Below, in pieces: positions 23,418 through 35,916 of a stretch of 64,000 nt of DNA. Positions within the stretch are counted from its first letter, which is position 1. Each line of letters starts with the position of its first letter. Location of the stretch: the NCBI GenBank assembly GCA_030390025.1, contig CM059432.1:2356001-2420000 (forward strand), in the 5' to 3' direction. This DNA comes from Squalus acanthias (Eukaryota). The notes below the pieces were generated by a model. That model worked only from the letters and a program-made list of their open reading frames with translations, was not told where the DNA came from and did not search any database. The translations under genes and the position numbers were made by a program.

Positions 23418-23775
23418 AGATAGGCCGAGATAGAGTGGATAGGAAGGACTTATTTCCCTTAGCAGAGAGGTCAATAACCAGGGGGCAGAGATTTACAGTA
23501 ATTGGTAGAAGGATTAGAGGGGAGTTGAGGAGAACTTTTTCCACCCAGAGGGTGGTGGGGGGTCTGGAACTCTCTGCCTGAAAGGGTGGTAGAGGCAGAA
23601 ACCCCTTCATCGCATTTAAAAAGTACTTGGATGTGCACTTGAAGTGTCGTAACCTACAGGGCTACGGACCAAGAGCTGGAAAGTGGGATTAGGCTGGAGA
23701 GCTCTTTTTCAGCCGGCTCAGACATGATGGGCCGAATGGCCTCCTTCTGTGCCATATATTTCTGTGATTCTATAA
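23418..23775 (+). mobile_element. CR1 3' fragment
   Basis: GATAGAGTGGATAGGAAGGAC...GGGCCGAATGGCC; same subfamily as 49500-49915 and 59640-60010. Confidence 0.85.
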
Positions 23776-24164
23776 GAGAAGGTGAAGGAACAGGCTAAAT
23801 GGATCTGTATTGCACTGCGTCCGATGGGACGTACATTTTTTAAGCGGCTTTTTACTTGCAGCTCTTATTAATGTCTGATCTGCTGCTACACTTAAAGGTT
23901 GCCAGTTAATAGATTACAGAGTAATTAGTGTACCGTCAGCTGCTAATCATTTGTCTTGCAATGTATTTATTCCTTGAGCTTTGTTAAGTTATAAATAATA
24001 GATTACAGGACGAATCTGCCAGTCAGCAGAACGGTCGGTGCCAACATGAAAAGGACAAATGGAGGCCAGGAACTCAGCCAGCGATCTGTGTCGCCTGATT
24101 CCACACACCTCCCCCAATGCCCTCACCCAAAGGTCCGCAACACTGACAGCGCTCTTTCACATAA

Positions 24165-25047
24165 CGGCCGCGATTTTTCCTCTCGATGCGGCTTGGGGGC
24201 GGGTCAGCTGCCTTTCGGGTTCCAATCCCGCCCCTAAGCGACGCCTGACGCACCCAGACGCGATTTTGCATCAATTAGCCTTGTTAACCCCGCCCTGCGG
24301 GCTTGCCGGCCAATTAAGAGAAAGCCGGTGTCAGATGATGTCAGTTGATGAAGCGTCATCTGCCGGTTTTCTTAAAGGGGCCATGCACAATTTTTTTTGA
24401 CAGCTGATTTTTCAGTGTTTGACAGCATTGAGGTGCTGCAAACACTGACAATCACTGTACAAAGGTGAGCTCTTGCACCCAGTCTCTCCAGTGACTCCCT
24501 CCTTAGGCTAGAACAGATGGCAGCTGCAGGTGAGGTTACAGAAGCGATCTGTCACTGGTGAGAGAGGTTCTCCCAATGAGGTGGGACTACACAAACAATT
24601 CAAAACTTGTAACCTACAGAAAAGTCTAAATACATTTAAAATGATTTTCCCAACATTTTCTTACCTCTAAAACTCACCAGTGTACCATGGGATCCTTCAC
24701 ACCACTTCTGCAGCTGTCATCAATGCACAAACATTACAGTAGACCCACAACACGCCACACTTTCCCGGCATGGTGTTCGGACATCGTGAAGCCCACAGTA
24801 GACCTGTCAAAATTGCAAAAAGCCTCTTAACTGCTTGTTAACAACTTGTTAACAAGCAGTTAAATGCCTATAATCCTCTTCCTGCCGCTAGGGGTCGGGT
24901 CCATGCACAACTCGGGGACCCGACACCTGGGAAGATTGATTGGAGGCGGCTTGACAGCGGGTTTCCGGCCCGCTGTCAATCTTTGCGATTTTGCTGGATG
25001 TCCCGCCTCCAACCCCCGCCCCCTGAGCGCCGGCAATATTCCGGCCT
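24165..25047. mobile_element. Older Harbinger-like non-autonomous DNA element
   Basis: Imperfect TIRs GGCCGCGATTTT / AATATTCCGGCC; shares TTGTTAA.CCCGC.CTGCGGGCT..GGCCAATTA.GAG block with 19302-20147. Confidence 0.6.
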
Positions 25048-25094
25048 TCATGTCACAGATTCGTTTTAATAACAACGTGAGCAAATTATATTTG

Positions 25095-25822
25095 CAGCCC
25101 ACACCTGGAGTACTGTGTACACTTTTGGTCTGAGGAAGGATATACTTGCCTTAGAGGGGGTGCAAAGAAGATTGACTAGATTGATTCCTGGGATGAGAGG
25201 GTTGTCCTATGAGGAGAGATGGAATAGAATGGGCCTATACTCTCTGGAGTTTTGAAGAATGAGAGGCGATCTCATTGAAACATATAAGATTCTGAGAGGG
25301 CTTGACAGGGTAGATGCTGAGAGGTTGTTTCCCCTGGCTGGAGAGTCTAGAACTAGGATAGTCTCAGGATAAGGGGTCGGCCATTTAGGACTGAGATGAG
25401 GAGGAATTTCTTCACTCAGAGGGTTGTGAATCTTTGGAATTCTCTACCCCAGAGGGCTGTGGATGCTCAGTCGTTGAGTATATTCAAGGCTGAGATAGAT
25501 AGATTTTTGGACTCTCGGGGAATCAAGGAATATGGAGATCAGGTGGGAAAGTGGAGTTGAGGTCGAAGATCAGCCATGATCTTATTGAATGGTGGAGCAG
25601 GCTCGAGGGGCCGAATGGCCGACTCCTGATCATATTTCTGATGCTCCTGTATTGCAATAAGCCTAGGCTCGACCCCCCAGTGTTCTTGTAGGGAAGATGT
25701 TCTTGCACATGGTGAGAGGGTGAGATGAAGTAGGGGTGGGAGGAGGCTCGTGTGGACCATAAACACCGGCATAGACCTGTGGGGTTGAATGGCCTGTTTC
25801 TGTGTCGTACACTCTGTGTAAT
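25095..25822 (+). mobile_element. CR1 3' fragments
   Basis: CACACCTGGAGTACTGTGTAC...RT C-terminus and tail to ~25645; second tail type at 25710-25822. Confidence 0.88.
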
Positions 25823-26060
25823 GTGCTGTATCCTGACCTCACCATTGTAAAACGGGGCTTGAAGGAAAATCACATCTAGAGAAGCTCAAGAAGTGAGTGC
25901 TTGAAGCTGTGCTGTTGTATTCTTCATTGCTGCAACTTCAAATCTTAAAATGGGTGTTGGGTCAGCTGGCTCTGTTCGACAGTTGTGTGAGGTTTCCTTG
26001 CTGGGTGGGGGCTGAAGAGCGAGAATGGGAATCCCGTGGGACTCAATTTTGAGATGAGGG

Positions 26061-26333
26061 TTGCAGTGGAGTCCACCCGAGCCTAGCGGAGCGGCAATTA
26101 ATTTACTGTTCAGTTTGGCTAGATTGGTGATTGTGCAAAGAAGGAATGCTCTGTTTTTTAAGGGGAGGAGAATAAATCTAAAAGAGTATTTTAAATATAA
26201 GCTTAAAGATCATTATAAGGCTCTGTGGATGTTTTATTCAGAAAGGAATTTAAGAATGGCATTTTTTGATCAGTTTTTAAAGTACAATCAATTAATAAAT
26301 ATTATGACAGACAAATTAAACTTTATTTTTTGA
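26061..26333 (+). mobile_element. Probable L1/Tx1-clade ORF2 C-terminal remnant
   Basis: AINLLFSLARLVIVQRRNALFF resembles the post-zinc-finger INLL..LAK..I..RRN segment of Tx1/L1 ORF2; the sequence is more AT-rich than its neighbours. Confidence 0.45.
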
Positions 26334-26397
26334 CACTAATAAGCGGTGGAGAAATGACTGTGCGAGGTGGTGGAATGGTGGTGAGGTTTTACATCGG

Positions 26398-26905
26398 ATT
26401 ACATAGGATATCCAGCACAGAAACAGGCCATTCGGCCCAACCAGTCCATGCCGGCGTTTCTGCTCCACTCGAGCCTCCTCCCGTCTTTCCTCATCTAAAT
26501 CTATCACCGTAACCCTATATTCCCTTTTCCCTCATATGCTTGTCTAGCCTCCCCTTAAATGTATCTGTGCTATTCGCTTCAACCACTCCCTGTGGTAGCG
26601 AGTTCCACATTCTCACCACTCTCTGGGTAAAGAAGTTCCTTCTGAATTCCCGACTGGATTTCTTGGTGACTATCTTATATTAATGGCCTCTAGTTATGCT
26701 CTTCCCCACAAATGGAAACATTCTCTCTGTATCCACTCTATCAAAACCTCTCATAATCTTAAAGACCTCTATTAGGTCACCCCTCAGCCTTCTCCTTTCA
26801 AGAGAAAAGAGACCCAGCCTGTTCATCCTTTCCTGATCTCATTGAATGGCGGAGCAGGCTCAAAGGGCCGAATGTCCTACTCCTGATCCTATTTCTTATG
26901 TTCCT
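26398..26905. mobile_element. CR1 3' fragment (minus, to ~26835) joined to a plus-strand tail remnant
   Basis: Reverse complement of the 1760-2200 type sequence; then GATCTCATTGAATGGCGGAGCAGG. Confidence 0.85.
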
Positions 26906-26907
26906 AT

Positions 26908-29160
26908 CTTCTTCTTAGGCAGTCCCTCGGAACCGAGGATGATTTGCTTCCACATTAAAAATGAGTTCTCAGGTGACTGATGAGTCCAATGCGGGACCTA
27001 CAGTCTCTGTCACAGGTGGGGCAGATGGTGGTTGAAGGGACGGGTGGGTGGGGTTCTTGGGTTGACGTGCGCTCCTTGCGCTGCCTGCGCTTGGCTTCCG
27101 CTTGCTCCCGGCGAAGAGACTCGAGGTGTTCGGCGCCTTCCCGAATGCTTCTCCTCCACTTTGTGCGGTCTTGGGCCAGGGATTCCCAGGTGTCGGTGGA
27201 GATGTTGCACTTTTTCAAGGAGGCTTTGAGGGTGTCCTTGAAGTGTTTCCTCTGCCCACCTGGGGCTCTCTTGTGGTGTCGGAGCTCCGAGTGGAGCGCT
27301 TCTTTTGGGACTCTTGTATCGGGCATGCGACGGTGTGACCCATCCATCGGAACTGATCGAGCGTGGTCAAAGCTTCGATGCTGGGGATGTTGGCCTCAGC
27401 GAGAACACTGACGTTGGTGCGCCTATCCTGCCAATGAATTTGCAGGATCTTGCGGAGGCAGCGTTGGTGGTACCTCTCCAGTGCTTTGAGGTGCCTGCTG
27501 TACATGGTCCATGTCTCTGAGGCATACAGGAGGGCGGGTATCACTACTGCTCTGTAGACCAGGAGCTTGGTGCCAGGTTTGAGGTCCTGGTCTTCAAACA
27601 CTCTCTTCCTCAGGCGACCGAAGGCTGCACTGGCACACTGAAGGCGGTGTTGGACTTCATCATCGATGTTTGTCCTTGTTGACAGTAGGCTCCCGAGGTA
27701 TGGAAAGTGGTCCACGTTGTCCAAGGCCTTGTCGTGGATTTTGATAATCGGGGGGCAGTACTGTGTGGCGGGGGCAGGTTGGTAGAGGACCTTTGTCTTA
27801 CGGATGTTTAGTGTAAGGCCCATGCTCTCGTACGCTTCGGTGAAGGGGTTGACGATGGTTTGGAGTTCGACCTCCGAGTGAGCGCAGACGCAAGCGTCAT
27901 CTGCATACTGTAATTCAATGACAGAGGATGGGACGACCTTGAATCTGGACTGGAGGCGACGGAGGTTGAACAGTTTCCCGTTTGTTCTGTAAATTAGCTC
28001 CACTCCAGCGGGGAGCTGACTGAGGGTGAGATGCAGCATTGTAGCAAGGAAGATCGAGAAGAGCATTGGTGCGATGACACAGCCTTGCTTGACCCCGGTC
28101 CGTACGTGAATTGGGTCTGTGGTGGATCCATTGGTCAGGATCACGGCTTGCATGTCATTGTGAAGCAGGCAGAGGATGGTGACAAACTTTTGAGGGCAGC
28201 CGAATTTGAGGAGGACACTCCATAATCCCTCACGGTTGACAGTGTCGAAGGCCTTTGTGAAGTCAATGAAGGCCATGTACAGCGGTTGGTGCTGTTCCCT
28301 GCATTTCTCTTGTAATTGACGCGTGGTGAAGATCATGTCCATTTTGCCCCTTAGCGACTCTGGGAGGAGCTCTTCAGCCACTGGGAGAAGGCAATTAAGG
28401 AGGATTCTTGCGATGACTTTCCCTGTGGCAGACAGCAGGGAAACTCCTCTGTAATTACCGGAATCGGACTTGTCACCTTTCTTAAAGATGGTCACAATTA
28501 CGGCATCTCTGAGATCCCCTGGCATGCTCTCCTCCTTCCAGATAAGAGAAATGAGTAAATGAATTTGCGCCAGTAGTGCTTCTCCGCCATGCTTTAGTGC
28601 CTCGGCGGGGATTTCATCTGCTCCTGAGGCCTTGTTGTTCTTCAGTTGTCGGATGGCCTTTTCAACCTCATGCCGGGCTGGGGTTGTGCTGAGATGGTGG
28701 CGGGTAGCATGCTGCGAGATGGAGTTGAGGACACTCGCGTCGAAGACAGAGTCTCAGTTAAGGAGATCTTTGAAGTGCTTCTTCCAGCGGGCACTGACTG
28801 CCTCTCTGTCCTTGATGAGTACCTCTCTGTTCTTGGCCCGCAGTGGGGTAGGGCCTTGGGTGCTTGGGCCGTAGGTGGTCTTGACTGCGCTAAAGAATCC
28901 ACGCACGTGGTGGTTGTCGACTAGCTGCTGGATCTCCTGCGCTTTCTCCACCCACCATCTGTTCTTTAGGTCGCGAGTTTTTTGTTGGACCTCGGCCTTC
29001 AGACGTCTGTAGAGCTGCTTTCCTGCTCTCGAGTTCTGTTGCTGTTTCCAGATCAGGAATGCCTTGCGCTTGCGGCTTATTAGCTCCTGGATCTCCTGGT
29101 CGTTCTCGTCAACCAGTCTTGGTGTTTCCTGGTCGAGTGACCGAGCGTCTCTTCACAGGT
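26908..29160 (-). mobile_element. RTE-clade LINE, 5'-truncated, RT domain present but frameshifted
   Basis: NYRGVSLLS, FIDFTKAFD, GVKQGC, LQYADD and FPYLGS motifs; C-terminal CPTCDRDC...HLRTH zinc finger; (AAG)n tail. Confidence 0.95.
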
Positions 29161-29800
29161 GCTGATCTCATTGAAACATACACGATTCTGAGGGGATTGA
29201 CAGGGTAGATACTGAGAGGTTGTTTCCCCCTGGCTGGAGTGTCTAGAACCAGGGGTCACAGTCTCAAGATAATGGGTCGGCCATTTAAGACCGAGATGAG
29301 GAGGAATTTCTTCACTCAGAGGGTTGTGAATCTTTGGAATTCTCTTCCCCAGAGGGCTGTGAATGCTGGTCTTTGAGTCTATTCAAGGCTGAGATCAATA
29401 GATTTTTGGACTCTAGGGGAATCGAGGGATATGGAGATCGGGCGGGAAAGTGGAGATGAGGTCAATGATCAGCCATGATCTTACTGAATGGTCGAGCAGG
29501 CTCGAGGGGCCGTGTGGCCGAGTCCTGTTCCTAATTCTTATGTTCTTATGTTCTTATTGGAAACAGTTTCTCTTTATTTACTCTATCTAAATCCTTCATG
29601 ATTTTGAACACCTCTATCAAATCTCCTCTTAGCCTTCTCCGCTCCAACGAGAACAACCCCAGTTTCTCCAGTCTCTCCACGTAACTGAAGTCCCTCATCC
29701 CTGGAACCATTCTAGTAAATCTCCTCCACACCCTCTCCACAACCTTCACGTCCTTCCCAAAGTGTGGTGCCCAGAATTGGACACAATTCTCCAGCTGAAT
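29161..29800. mobile_element. CR1 fragments (plus 29161-29555, minus 29556-29800)
   Basis: Standard ORF2 C-terminus and tail; RDFSYVERLEKLGLFSLERRRLRGD on minus. Confidence 0.88.
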
Positions 29801-30164
29801 TCAGTGGTTTGTATTGTAATTTCTTGCTTGGAGCCCATGGGGCTTGATGATACACAGTTGAGTGGCTCCAACATCCTTGCTTTAGACTATATTGAACTTT
29901 CCTCATAGAGTCATAGAAATATACAGCACAGATGGAGGCGGTGAAAAGGATTCAGAATGGAGTTATACTCGTTTCTTTGAAAGGCCAAGCTGATGCAACA
30001 CCTGCGCAACAACTTGTAGTTACACAACAAATGGTCTATTTCTCAATGAGTCCAGGGTATCATGCTTTACCAAAAGTTCTGAAACTGTGGATGTTCCTAA
30101 CTTTGTTCTGCCTCTAGATGACAGGATTCTGAACGTCATAGTGAATCTGACATACCTTTTCCAT

Positions 30165-30980
30165 AAATCTTTGCTCGCCAAGGGTATTAAGGGATATGGA
30201 GCCAAGGCGGGTGGATGGAGTTAAGATACAGATCAGCCACGCTCTAATTGAAAGGCGGAACAGGCTCGAGGGGCTGAACGGCCTCCTCCTGTTCCTATGT
30301 TACATAGCATTACATCGAATTAACAGCACAGAAACAGGCCATTCGGCCCAACTGGTCCGTGCCGGTGTTTATGCTCCACACGAGCCTCCTCCTACCCCTC
30401 TTCATCTCACCCCATCAACAGATCCTTCTATTCTTTTCTCCCTCATGTGCTTATCCAGCGTCTCCTTAAATGCATCTGCGCTATTCGCCTCACCCACTCC
30501 CTGTGGGAGTGAGTTCCACATTCTCACCACTCTCTGGGTAAAGATGTTTCTCCTGAATTCCCTACTGGATTTATTGGTGACTATCTTATATTGATGGCCC
30601 CTAGCTTTGTGGTCCCACCGCAAGTGGAAGCATTTTCTCTATGTCTTTCATAATGTTCAAGACCTCTATCAGGAAACCCCTCAGTCTTCTCTTTTCTAGA
30701 GAAAAGAGCCCCAGCCTGTTCAGTCTTTCCTGATAGGTATAACCTCTCAGTTCTGGTACCATCTTTGTCAATCTTTTGTGCATATTCTCCAGTGCCTCTA
30801 TATCCTTTTTGTAATATGGAGACCAGCACTGTGCACCGTGCTCCAAGTGTGGTCTAACCAAGGTTCGATACAGGCTTAACACAACGTCTCTGCTTTTCAG
30901 TTCTATCTCTCTAGAAATGACCCCCAGTGCTTTGTCTGCTTTTATCGGCCATGTTGACCTGTATCGTTACTTTTAGTGTT
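30165..30980. mobile_element. CR1 fragments tail-to-tail (plus 30165-30300, minus 30301-30980)
   Basis: LYRTLVRPHLEH...YQERLNRLGLFSLEKRRLRG on minus; tails meet near 30300. Confidence 0.88.
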
Positions 30981-31318
30981 TCTATGTTCCATTGAGACCG
31001 GACACTTTTTGCAGTGAAAGAAGTGTTCAGGTTTCTTGTGACTGATTGCTTTGTTAATCAATGGTGTTTATGCATTCCGACCTTGGGGGTTCAAATGACT
31101 TTTTTCTCAAACCAAAAATCAAGTTCAGCAATTTCAACGTACCTACAAAGGAGAGAGAGAGAGAGAGACGGAGAGATTCGATCTGATGTTGGAAAGAACA
31201 TTGGTTGTTTTCCAACTATCCTTGGAGCCTGTCCAGAGAGAATAGTTTGGCTTTCAGGGCCGGTGGAAGATACTCAGATCAGTTTCCATCATTGGGCCAT
31301 GAGGTTGATGGGCCTGGT

Positions 31319-32155
31319 ACAACAACAACAACAACAACAAATTGCATTTCTATAGCACATTTACCCTTGTCGATGGGAATCCCCTTTGGTTGGTTGCGGC
31401 GCTTCATTGGGTGCGAGCCCCCCCCCCCCCCCCCACCAAGTGTTGGATGCTGCCTGTGTTACGGCGATGTTACAGCAAGCACTTAATTGCGCAGGTAAGT
31501 GCATGCACCTGGAAATGCGATGCTAATTATTCAATAATGAGCCCATCTCTCAACACACGCTCGATGTCAGTGAGATTAAAACGCTCCTTAAAAGTGTGCG
31601 CAGTTTGCAAATCCTGCGGCCGGAGGCTTTCAAACACAGCAGCGTTTTCCAGTAAATAAAACTTAAACACCAACAACAACGGCTTGCATTTATATAGCGC
31701 CTTTACAACAACAACAACAACTTGTATTTATACAGCACCTTTAACGTAGTAAAACGTCTCAAGGCTCTTCACAGGAGCGATTATCAACAAAATTTGACAC
31801 CGAGCCACATAGGGAGATATTAGGGCAGGTGACCAGAAGCTTGGTCAAAGAGGGAGGTTTTAAGGAGCGTCTTAAAGGAGGAGAGAGAGGCGGAGAGGTT
31901 CAGGGAGGGAATTCCAGAGCTCGGGGCCCAGGCAGCTGAAGGCACGGCCGCCAGTGGTGGGGTGATGGAAATCGGGGGATGCTCAAGAGGCCAGAATTGA
32001 GGAGCGCAGAGATGTCGGAGGGTTGTGGGGTTGAATGAGATTACAGAGATAGGGAGGGGCGAGGCCCTGGAGGGATTTGTAAACAAGGGTGAGAATTTTA
32101 AAGTCGAGGTGTTGCCAATGTAGGTCAGGGAGCACAGGGGGCGATGGGTGAACGG
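31319..32155 (-). mobile_element. L2 3' fragment whose tail is interrupted by a duplicated segment (31364-31743)
   Basis: PVLPDLHW..FKILTLVYKSLQGLAPPYL on minus; (GTT)n tail at 31319-31340. Confidence 0.82.
31365..31743 (+). repeat. Dispersed duplicate of 47850-48226
   Basis: Near-identical sequence including the poly-C tract; central ~215 bp identical by eye. Confidence 0.95.
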
Positions 32156-32524
32156 GGAGTGGTTTGGAATGTCCTGAACTCATTGTATTTTTTCTCCCTC
32201 TCTCATCTGAACATTGGAGGCTAACTGGCCTCATTGCTGATCCTTAATGGTCGGACCAATGCCAACTTGAGGTCATAACTGTAGTATGATTGGATAGCTC
32301 CACCAACGAGCTGGCACAGGCACGATGGGCCGAATGGCCTCCTTCTGTGCTGAATTTTTCACACAAAGAGTGATATTGCTTTACTCAGAGTGACCAATAC
32401 TTGGAATTGTCCTTTGAGTAAGGTCATGGAGTCATTCAAGAGGCAGTTAGAACTGGTGATGGAAGGATCATAGGCTTCTGTGGAAGGATGAGCTAGGCAG
32501 AGTATGGTAGCCTTATTTGTATTC

Positions 32525-32843
32525 TTTCCTGGGATGTGGTTGTCGCTGGCAAGGCCAGCATTTATTGCCCATCCCTAATTGCCCCTTGAGAAGGTGGTGG
32601 TGAGCTGCCTTCTTGAACCACTGCAGTCCGTGTGGTGAAGGTACTCCCACAGTGCTGTTAGGGAGCGAGTTCCAGGATTTTGACCCAGCGACGATGAAGG
32701 AAAGGCCGATATATTTCCAAGTCAGGATGGTGTGTGTGACTTGGAGGGGAACTTGGAGGTGGTGGTGTTCCCAAGCGCCTGCTGCCCTTGTCCTTCTAGG
32801 TGGAAGAGGTCGCGGGTTTGGGAGGAGCTGCCGAAGAAGCCTG
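32525..32843 (-). mobile_element. CR1-group (Zenon-like) LINE 3' end
   Basis: Matches 21965-22285. Confidence 0.82.
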
Positions 32844-33034
32844 GTGGTTATGGCACTAGAATAGTAACTCAGAGATTATGAGTTTAAACACCACTGTGGC
32901 AAATTGTGAGATTAATTTTGATAATTGTGGTCCATGAAAATGACCATAAATGCTTTGGATTGTTGTAAAAACCCAACTGGTTCACAAGTGACCTTTAGGG
33001 AAGAGAACCGCCCCCCCATGTGATTCTATTCCAA

Positions 33035-33503
33035 TGCTCTCCGACCGTAAACTTCAGCTTATCCAAAACTCGGCTGCCCGTATCCTAATTCACACCAAGT
33101 CCCGTTCACCCATGATCGCTGTCCCACATTGGCTCCCGGTCAGACAACGCCTTGTTTTCAAATCTTTCCATGGCCTCGCCCCCCTCCCTATCTCTGTAAT
33201 CTCCCCCAGCCTCACAACCCTCCGAGATCTCTGCGCTCCTCCAATTCTGGCCTCTTGAACATCCCCCGATTTTAATCGCTCCACCATTGGCGGCCGTGCC
33301 TTCAGCTGCCTGGGCCCCAAGCTCTGGAATTCCCTCCCTAAACCTCTCCGCCTCTCTCTCCTCCTTTAAGACGCTCCTTAAAACCTCCCTCTTTGACCAA
33401 GCTTTTGGTCACGTGTCCTAATGTCTCCTCCTGTGGCTCGGGGTCAGCGATTGTTTGATAATCACTCCTGTGAAAGGCGCTATATAAATACAAGTTGTTG
33501 TTT
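33035..33503 (+). mobile_element. L2 3' fragment
   Basis: KLQLIQNSAARIL...HWLPV...FKSFHGLAP; tail GGCGCTATATAAATACAAGTTGTTG. Confidence 0.85.
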
Positions 33504-34156
33504 GACTCCAGTGCCACACTATGCAATTGACTCTAATGCCCTCGGGGCAACTTAGGCTGTGACTAGTCCCAGTTTTGCCCACATCCCAAGAACAAATTTT
33601 ATCTTTGTGATTTTTCAAATTATATAATGGTTGACAAATTTAAAATTCTGTTAAAAACATTTTTTTTAAATGAACTAAAATGTAAAAATTCTTTGACGTG
33701 CAATTGAATAAAATAACAAGTTGAGTGTAGAAGACTGATTGAGCCATCCTTCAGTTAACAACCAGCCGCAGATCCTTTACTTCTTCAATAGATGCGAGAG
33801 ACAGAATGGTGCCCATTCATTCCCTTTGAGCTATTTTTCTTTTGTTTAACTTGCTAGATATTGTTCAACCTTTGCTTTTGACGATAATTTTAATTTGCTC
33901 TGTTTTTTTGCTGCTCGGAACAGCTATTCAATTAATCAAACACTGAAATAACTCATTATTCCGTTAATGCTTTAATACTCCGGTGTATTGGCTGCAAGCA
34001 TCCCCTATCCTGTGGGACTAGTCACATCAGATAATCTGTTGGAGTTTAATCAGAGATGCACACACAAACACTTGACTACCTTTTCACAGGTGCAAATAAA
34101 CCTCGGGACGTTACCTCATAATTTTAATATTTGTTACTCGATCAATAATCCATAAA

Positions 34157-34520
34157 AACATAGGAATTAGGAGCAGGAGTAGGCCATTCGGCCCCTCGAG
34201 CCTGCTCCGCCATTCAATAAGGTCATGGCTGATCTTCGACCTCAGCTCCACTTTCCCGCCCGATCTCCATATCCCTCGATTCCCCTAGAGTCCAAAAATC
34301 TATCGATCTCAGCCTTGAATATGCTCAAAGACTCAGCATCCACAGGCCTCTGGGGCAGAGAATTCCAAAGATTCACAACCCTCTGAGTGAAGAAATTCCT
34401 CCTCATCTCAGTCTTAAATGGCCGACCCCTTATCCTGAGACTGTGACCCGTAGTTCTAGACACTCCAGCCAGGGGAAACAACCTCTCAGCATCTACCCTG
34501 TCAATCCCCCTCCGAATCTA
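34157..34520 (-). mobile_element. CR1 3' fragment
   Basis: ORF 34242..34481: GHSLRIRGRPFKTEMRRNFFTQRVVNLWNSLP. Confidence 0.9.
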
Positions 34521-35462
34521 TTATGGGTAAGGATTAGATGTTGACTTTCAGCTTGTAGTTTTTCCCTTTTTGTGTTTAATGCTCCACACCCCCTCACCTC
34601 ATTCTGGAGACCGTGCAGGTAGCTGCTTCCTCCATCTCTAAAGCTCCAAAGGGACCTTGAGAGATGAAGTGAGTGGGCAAAACTGCGGCAGATGCAGTTC
34701 AACGTCGGGGAAGTGTGAGCTCACCCACTTTGGACCTGAGAAAGATGGATCAGAGTAATTTCTAAATGGCGAGAAGCTTGGAACTGTGGAGGAACAGAGA
34801 GATTTCAGGGTCCAAGTACAGAAATCACTAAAAACTAGTGGGACAGGTGCAAAAAATATTGAAAAAAGGCTAATGGAATTCATCTCAAGGGGGCAGGAAT
34901 ACAAAGGGGTGGAGGTTATGATCTGTCAAGATATTAAGGGGAGCTGATGGGGTAGATAGAGAGAAACTATTTCTGCTGGTTGGGGAGTCTAGGACGAGGG
35001 GACATAGTCTAAAAATAAGAGCCAGAGTGAAATTAGGAAACACTTCTACACACAAAGGGTGGTCGAAGTTTGGAACTCTCTTCCGCAAACGGCAATTGAT
35101 GCGAGGTCAATCGTTAATTTTAAATCTGAGATTGATAGATTTTTGTTAACCAAATGAATTAAGGGATATGGGCCAAAGGCGGGTATATGGAGTTAGGTCG
35201 CAGATCAGTCACGATCTCACTGAATGGCGGAACAGGCTCGAGTGGCCTCCTCCTGTTCCTATGTTCCAGTTATATAAAGCTCTGTTAGACCCCATTTATA
35301 GTTCTGGGTCCCGCACCTCAGGAAGGATATATTAGCCTTGGAGGGGGAGCAGCGCAGATTCACCAGAATGATACCGGGGCTCAAAGGGTTAAATTACGAG
35401 GACAGGTTGCACAGACTAGGCTTGTATTCCCTCGAGTATTGAAGATTTAGGGGTGATCTAAT

Positions 35463-35916
35463 TAGAAACATAGAAACTAGGAGCAGGAGTAGGCCATTCG
35501 GCCCGTCGAGCCTGCTCCACCATTCAATACGATCATGGCTGATCATCCAAATCCAGTACCCTGTCCCTGCTTTCTCACACAGAATCCCCATCGAACCTGC
35601 ACTGACACATATCCCACCCTATCCCCGTAACCCCGTAACCCCACGTATTTAATTCCCCCTAACATATCCCATCCTATCCCCGTAACCCCACATATTTAAT
35701 CCCCCCCTAACACTAAGGGTCAATTTATCATAGCCAAATCAACCTAACCTGCACATTTTTGGATTGTGGGAGGAAACCGGAGCACCCGGAGGAAACCCAC
35801 GCAGACACGGGGAGAATGTGCAAACTCCACACAGACAGTCACCCGAGACCGGATTCGAACCCGGGTCCCTGGCGCTGTGAAGCACCAGTGCTAACCACTA
35901 TGCCACCGTGTTGCCC
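35463..35916 (-). mobile_element. HE1-like V-SINE with CR1-derived tail
   Basis: tRNA head GGTGGCATAGTGG / GGTTCGAATCC; V domain TGTGTGGAGTTTGCACATTCTCCCCGTGTCTGCGTGGGTTTCCTCCGGGTGCTCCGGTTTCCTCCCACA; tail closely matches CR1 3' ends at 45365-45485 and 57285-57405. Confidence 0.9.

Noticed and set aside
31342..31659. Duplicated Cys-rich ORF (also 47559..48146) suggesting a zinc-finger gene pair
   Set aside because: It starts in an L2 tail, crosses a variable poly-C tract and has no recognisable domain; its identity reflects DNA duplication.
35840..35916. tRNA gene
   Set aside because: tRNA-derived SINE head continuing into the V domain; the same applies to the Deu-SINE heads.
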